IMG/VR virus record: IMGVR_UViG_3300038321_000117 | Span: 1 to 28,292 of that record | Reading direction: 5' to 3' (one strand) | From: a virus | DNA length: 28,292 nucleotides | Shown: positions 23,996-28,292 of the stretch, one piece after another | How the letters are laid out: every line of letters begins with the position of its first letter | How positions within the stretch are numbered: the first letter of the stretch is position 1 | The notes under the pieces: generated by a model | Database searches by the model: none | The model's input: the letters and a program-made list of their open reading frames with translations, nothing else | What the model was told of the DNA's origin: nothing | Position numbers and translations under genes: made by a program

Positions 23996-25357
23996 TTATT
24001 CTTCACTAGGATATTTCATTCCATTATCAGTAGGTTTTCTACTCTTTCTTCCACGCTTCAGAAGTTCAATGGTGTTATCTCCAGTATCACGCTCATCTTT
24101 CTCAATCATTTCTTTGGGGAAACCAAGTGCCGTCCTTAGTTCAGGCTTGTTTACAACGCTCATCGTGTAAGCATCAAGTAAATCACCTGGCTGCACAGCA
24201 GGTTTTGACAACTCTTCAAAGACTACTTTAATATCTTCAGGATTCTTACCCATTGCAACCGCGCGTTGTTTGACAATTCCACCTTCATCATTCAGAATAC
24301 TCATGATCTTCTTCTGTAACCCTTCGAGCACAACTAACCTATCTGCTTCAGAAACATATCCTGCTGCATACGTAGTTCCTTCTGCTCTACCCATTGTAAG
24401 AGGAGCCTGCAATAGTCCAACCTGAATATCGGTTTCAAGCGATTCTTTGAATCCAGTAACGTTGATATTACTTCCACCGGAATCTAACTGTTTAATGTCA
24501 AATCCTGCACCAATAATATCCTGATTCTCTGCAATATACTGATGCTCATCGCTCAATTCCTGCATGATTTCCTGTGCTTCTACCATTGAAATATCACCGG
24601 AAGCAAGCATATCACCAAGAATACGGTAGTCAATAAAGTAACGTCCAATACCATACTTTTTAATGTAATTAGTGTAACCTTCAACCAAATCTAAGTATTT
24701 ATAGATAAGATCCTCAATAGGCGTAATCAGAGAAGTGCCATAGATACCATACGTTTCTCTACCTAAAATATCTCTGAACGTGTAATCATTCGCACAGAAT
24801 GAACCATACATTACCTGATTTGGACGGTAAGAACCTACCTCTAAATCATTTAAATTACCCATTTCATTGACATAAAAGCGATTAACAGGTGGTGTAAGAA
24901 TAAATGTAGTGTCTGCACTACCCTTTGTTACTCCATTTGGAACAATGGTGGTTTGTGACATAAGGAGGGGTTCAAATCCCATTTTGTCAGGATTCTTGAC
25001 ATTATTATAAAGTCCTACGTAAGTTCCATCCCTACATAGTAATCGTGCAAGAGTTTGTGTTTTCTCCTCAAAATTGATTCTATCGGACCACTTTTCAAAA
25101 TTCTTTACAACAGATGATTTTCCTTCAAACCTGATACCTTTTACAAGTGTAAGGGCAAGTTTCTGAAGCGGAATGAACACATGAGGACTTGTAAGCGAGA
25201 GTTGTCGATACAAGTTGAATCTATTAGTTGTATCAAAATTCCTGTAAGCACCTGCTTTATATACAGTATCCTTACGCTCTATTCCAGTCGATGCAAAAAC
25301 CTTAACAATTTTAGATTTTTTCTGCTCTAAATCTATTGATGCATTTTCATTATCCAT
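23996..25357 (-). CDS. portal protein (probable)
   Basis: 453 aa directly after TerL and before the head-morphogenesis gene; helical with PLTMGRAEGTTYA segment typical of the portal position. Confidence 0.75.
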   Translation of the reverse strand: MDNENASIDLEQKKSKIVKVFASTGIERKDTVYKAGAYRNFDTTNRFNLYRQLSLTSPHVFIPLQKLALTLVKGIRFEGKSSVVKNFEKWSDRINFEEKTQTLARLLCRDGTYVGLYNNVKNPDKMGFEPLLMSQTTIVPNGVTKGSADTTFILTPPVNRFYVNEMGNLNDLEVGSYRPNQVMYGSFCANDYTFRDILGRETYGIYGTSLITPIEDLIYKYLDLVEGYTNYIKKYGIGRYFIDYRILGDMLASGDISMVEAQEIMQELSDEHQYIAENQDIIGAGFDIKQLDSGGSNINVTGFKESLETDIQVGLLQAPLTMGRAEGTTYAAGYVSEADRLVVLEGLQKKIMSILNDEGGIVKQRAVAMGKNPEDIKVVFEELSKPAVQPGDLLDAYTMSVVNKPELRTALGFPKEMIEKDERDTGDNTIELLKRGRKSRKPTDNGMKYPSEE

Positions 25358-25358
25358 A

Positions 25359-26834
25359 TTAGTGTCTCCTATTTATTCCAATCATGAATTTACGTTTACT
25401 GCGTGTTCCTTTGTCTATTAATGCTGAACCTCTATTGATTGTCATTCGCACAAGCCCTTCAAGCGCATCGGGGGCATCATCGTGTTTGTGAACCGGATAC
25501 CGTACTAATTGATTAATTAACTCAGGATACGCTTCTGTCCAATCATCACGGAACAAGACTTTTCCCGATGTAACAAACGGTTCAACAGACTCAATACGAA
25601 TCCGCTTTCTCTTCTGATTCTTAATTTCTTTAATCTTCATGCGCTTACGCATGTCTTTGATTTTATCATTACGATCTTTGAGGAATTGTGAAATAAGACT
25701 CTGGAAACCATTTGTTTCAATGCCAAGTTCTTCACAATTATAAAAATTGTAATAATACACCATTTTTTCAATTGAAACATTGGGCGGTGATGTATTACTC
25801 AACCAACAATCTCTCACGTAGAGAACATGATCCTTAATTGCACCTATTATAATAACGCAAAAATCATTCTCATTACCAAGTGCCGGATCAACATAGATAA
25901 CATGCCTACAATCCTTGAAATAGGGATTCTGTGCGCGTTCCTGTGGGAGTTTCAGTTCAGTGTAATAATGCATATTTTCAATGTTAAATAACTGTGTTTC
26001 AGATGGTAATGGTTGATTTAAATACTGACTTGAAAACTCTACTGCACCCTTTTCGATACGTAATGCTTGAATCTTTTGTTCGTTGTAGATGGATGGATAC
26101 TTTGGTTTACCTGTAGCATCAATGATAGAATCAATCTCAATATCATAACGCATAAATTCAGGTATTTTTGGATTTTGCTCGATAATTTCGCCGTAAATTT
26201 CACTGTCGCTCCACCTCGTGCCTATGACCATTAAAAGACCATCAGGCTCCAAAATAGAGATTAAATCTTTATACCATCGTTTCTTTTGTTCTCTAATAGT
26301 TGCAGATTCACGATCTTCATTATTAACCACATCATCGAGTATAATTATATCATAATGCTCTGATGTTAATGCAGCAAGAGCGCCACGCGCTTTAAGATTT
26401 GGTTCTTTCTTAACAATACGCGGATATAAAACCACTTCCTGCTGATTGTCCTTGACAATAATATTTTCATTGCCGAAATCTGCAAAAAATTGTTTCAAAT
26501 TTTCATTAGTCTTTAATTGTTCTTTGATTTCAGAAAGAATTTGCTCTGCTAAATCATTGGTTGCAGATGTAATGAGAATACGTAAGGTGAATTTACCATC
26601 ATGTTTCACGTAATCATCAAGCAGACGATCAATAACAAAAGAAACATCATAGATAGTAGTCTTGTAAGTTCCACGCGGTTTTAACCGCATAATACGTTTG
26701 CGAGTCTTAATAACTTCTTCAAGGTTATCACACCACTCTTTATGAACATCTTTAGTTATTTTCTCGTAACCAAGCATGTATTTTGCAATGTTAAAAAGAG
26801 TAAGATGTTTACCATGATAAACAATATTTGACAT
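25359..26834 (-). CDS. terL: terminase large subunit
   Basis: PRGTYKTT Walker A, IIILDD Walker B, IGTRW, nuclease YVDPALG..DF and HDDAPDALEG. Confidence 0.92.
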   Translation of the reverse strand: MSNIVYHGKHLTLFNIAKYMLGYEKITKDVHKEWCDNLEEVIKTRKRIMRLKPRGTYKTTIYDVSFVIDRLLDDYVKHDGKFTLRILITSATNDLAEQILSEIKEQLKTNENLKQFFADFGNENIIVKDNQQEVVLYPRIVKKEPNLKARGALAALTSEHYDIIILDDVVNNEDRESATIREQKKRWYKDLISILEPDGLLMVIGTRWSDSEIYGEIIEQNPKIPEFMRYDIEIDSIIDATGKPKYPSIYNEQKIQALRIEKGAVEFSSQYLNQPLPSETQLFNIENMHYYTELKLPQERAQNPYFKDCRHVIYVDPALGNENDFCVIIIGAIKDHVLYVRDCWLSNTSPPNVSIEKMVYYYNFYNCEELGIETNGFQSLISQFLKDRNDKIKDMRKRMKIKEIKNQKRKRIRIESVEPFVTSGKVLFRDDWTEAYPELINQLVRYPVHKHDDAPDALEGLVRMTINRGSALIDKGTRSKRKFMIGINRRH

Positions 26835-27322
26835 TATTTCTCTTCTTCAATATACTGCACCCAGGCAGGAACAATGTGTTCAACTTTATCAACAATCTCA
26901 CCATCAAGACGCGCTTTTAGCAAAAGAAGTTCACGCTTCTCACGTAAGAGTTTAGCATGAGTAGGACTATTTTCCTTACCCTCTAAAACCATTCTACGTT
27001 CAAGTAGATTAATTTTAGCAAGTTCCTCTGTAATAACATCGACATTTTCCGTGTCCTTAATCTTCTGAATCTCAATATCTAAATCGGATTCAGCACTCTC
27101 ATCATACTCAAAAAAGATATGCTCACGATGCAACTTGAGATCAGCGACATCAACAAAAATACCATCCGCTTCAAGTTTACTTTTCAGTTCATTGATGGGA
27201 ATACTTGCCGTAAAAAGAATTGGGTCAACTGCCGCACTCAAATCTGGATTCTGACAAAACACACAACCCTTTACATTTTTATTGGAAACAATCTTGTCTC
27301 CAACTTTTACACCCTGTTTCAT
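26834..27322 (-). CDS. probable terminase small subunit
   Basis: Immediately upstream of terL with TAATG overlap; CVFC plus LHREH putative Zn/HTH region, coiled-coil middle. Confidence 0.55.
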   Translation of the reverse strand: MKQGVKVGDKIVSNKNVKGCVFCQNPDLSAAVDPILFTASIPINELKSKLEADGIFVDVADLKLHREHIFFEYDESAESDLDIEIQKIKDTENVDVITEELAKINLLERRMVLEGKENSPTHAKLLREKRELLLLKARLDGEIVDKVEHIVPAWVQYIEEEK

Positions 27323-27436
27323 GTATGATACCTCGAAAAATAGTTAATATAAAATAGATAGTATAATATCTTAAAATACTACTATTTAAATGTTTCGTAT
27401 AAAAGTGAGAAAAAGTTAAGAAAAGTGTAAGAAAAA

Positions 27437-27589
27437 TTAAATAATCAAAATAAATTTACCAAAATCTTCATCATTTCTTACTATAATGTCAAATATATGA
27501 GCACCACAGTATTCGCCTTCATGTTCTGTTCTTACAATACTTTCCTGATCATACATCTGTAACTTCTCAATTAATTCTTTAACCTTCAT
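27437..27589 (-). CDS. 50-aa hypothetical protein (MKVKELIEKL type)
   Basis: Not in the ORF track. MKVKELIEKLQMYDQESIVRTEHEGEYCGAHIFDIIVRNDEDFGKFILII; SD GAGGTG. Confidence 0.65.
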   Translation of the reverse strand: MKVKELIEKLQMYDQESIVRTEHEGEYCGAHIFDIIVRNDEDFGKFILII

Positions 27590-27593
27590 TATT

Positions 27594-27761
27594 TCATTTC
27601 ACCTCTGCCTCAAAACTACATTCAATAACTAATCTGTAATAACCATCGTAATAATATTTATTAATACCTCTAATTCTTTTTAATCGATTATCAACATCAA
27701 CATTTACTTCTTCAAATGGATAATATTGTTCTAATTCTTTGATAAGTTCACCGACTTTCAT
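27594..27761 (-). CDS. 55-aa hypothetical protein (MKVGELIKEL type)
   Basis: Not in the ORF track. MKVGELIKELEQYYPFEEVNVDV...; SD GAGGTG/AAGGA. Confidence 0.65.
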   Translation of the reverse strand: MKVGELIKELEQYYPFEEVNVDVDNRLKRIRGINKYYYDGYYRLVIECSFEAEVK

Positions 27762-27764
27762 TCC

Positions 27765-28076
27765 TTACACCTCTGTCTCAAACCCACACGCATGACATCT
27801 GTAACCACCAATCAACGTTTCAGTAGCAGTAGTTGATCCCCACGGATGTGACTCGTAGATTAACTTGTAATCCTCATATTCGAGTTTTGAGCCACAATCA
27901 CTACAGTAGTCAAGATGGTAATCACTGGTAAACAGTTCACCATTTTTAAAGATGTAATGCTTACCATATTTTAATTGTTTACTTCCTGCTACAACTGGAA
28001 CACCATTCTCTTTAATCTCCTTACACAGTTCTTCTATGGACTTTCCACAGCACTCACAAAATAATGGTTCATTCAT
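27765..28076 (-). CDS. multi-CxxC zinc-ribbon protein
   Basis: CECCG, CSDCG, CHACG; ATG 28076 after SD GGAGG. Confidence 0.7.
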   Translation of the reverse strand: MNEPLFCECCGKSIEELCKEIKENGVPVVAGSKQLKYGKHYIFKNGELFTSDYHLDYCSDCGSKLEYEDYKLIYESHPWGSTTATETLIGGYRCHACGFETEV

Positions 28077-28292
28077 TACTCTTCCTCCACACAATACGTA
28101 TGCAATGTCTCATTCTGCCAAATCTGTTTCAGGTAACAATCATTACAAATCCTATCTTTCTCACCTGCACTCGAAAGAGGAATGTTAGCATCCTCTTCTG
28201 TAGTTTCATATACATCTTTTCCAAAAGCACTTTGATAAATCGCATTAATACTTGAATGGAAAGAATCATCTCTTTCTACATCAAAAACTGAT
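28076..28292 (-). CDS. hypothetical protein, 5'-truncated by the window edge
   Basis: Open frame ...SVFDVERDD...ICNDCYLKQIW...CVEEE* ending in a TAATG overlap with the next gene. Confidence 0.55.
   Translation of the reverse strand, partial: SVFDVERDDSFHSSINAIYQSAFGKDVYETTEEDANIPLSSAGEKDRICNDCYLKQIWQNETLHTYCVEEE

Noticed and set aside
28151-28161. CCTATCTTTCT matching the core of the conserved element
   Set aside because: Only 11 nt, inside an open frame (codes KDR), with no flanking similarity; likely chance.
1-28292. Alternative genetic code
   Set aside because: All recognisable genes are full-length under the standard archaeal/bacterial code; the only in-frame stops are at the putative RT edge.

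Overview
A 28.3-kb segment of a tailed dsDNA virus (Caudoviricetes-type) whose host is most likely an archaeon, probably a methanogen. Evidence: archaeal-type RFC small subunit, clamp, PriS, RPA-like protein, MCM-like ATPase and ThyA, TATA/oligo-T signals, GGTGA/GGAGG ribosome-binding sites, and terminase, portal and head-morphogenesis genes. The left 1.4 kb (+ strand) holds the apparent C-terminal end of a DGR-type reverse transcriptase, two small tail-associated genes, a holin-like gene and an HExxH metalloprotease (candidate lysis cassette). Everything from 1543 to the right edge is on the - strand. In transcription order: small early-type genes, TerS, TerL, portal, an inserted DNA methyltransferase, head-morphogenesis protein, a nearly self-contained replisome (MCM-like helicase, RPA-like SSB, Sak4-like ATPase, clamp, clamp loader, PolB, PriS-PriL-CTD primase, ERCC4 and Cas4-like nucleases), a dNTP-supply module (Dcd, ThyA, Tmk, HAD-kinase fusion, class II RNR) and three tandem paralogues. 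Most unusual observations: (1) the RNR intein is followed by Lys, not Cys/Ser/Thr; (2) a ~140-bp non-coding element (TATA-like box, hairpin, T-tract) occurs twice, in inverted orientation ~10.2 kb apart; (3) the holin-like gene is paired with a zincin protease rather than a known endolysin; (4) no AGCT site was seen and GTAC is nearly absent. All family assignments come from motif recognition by eye; no database search was run.
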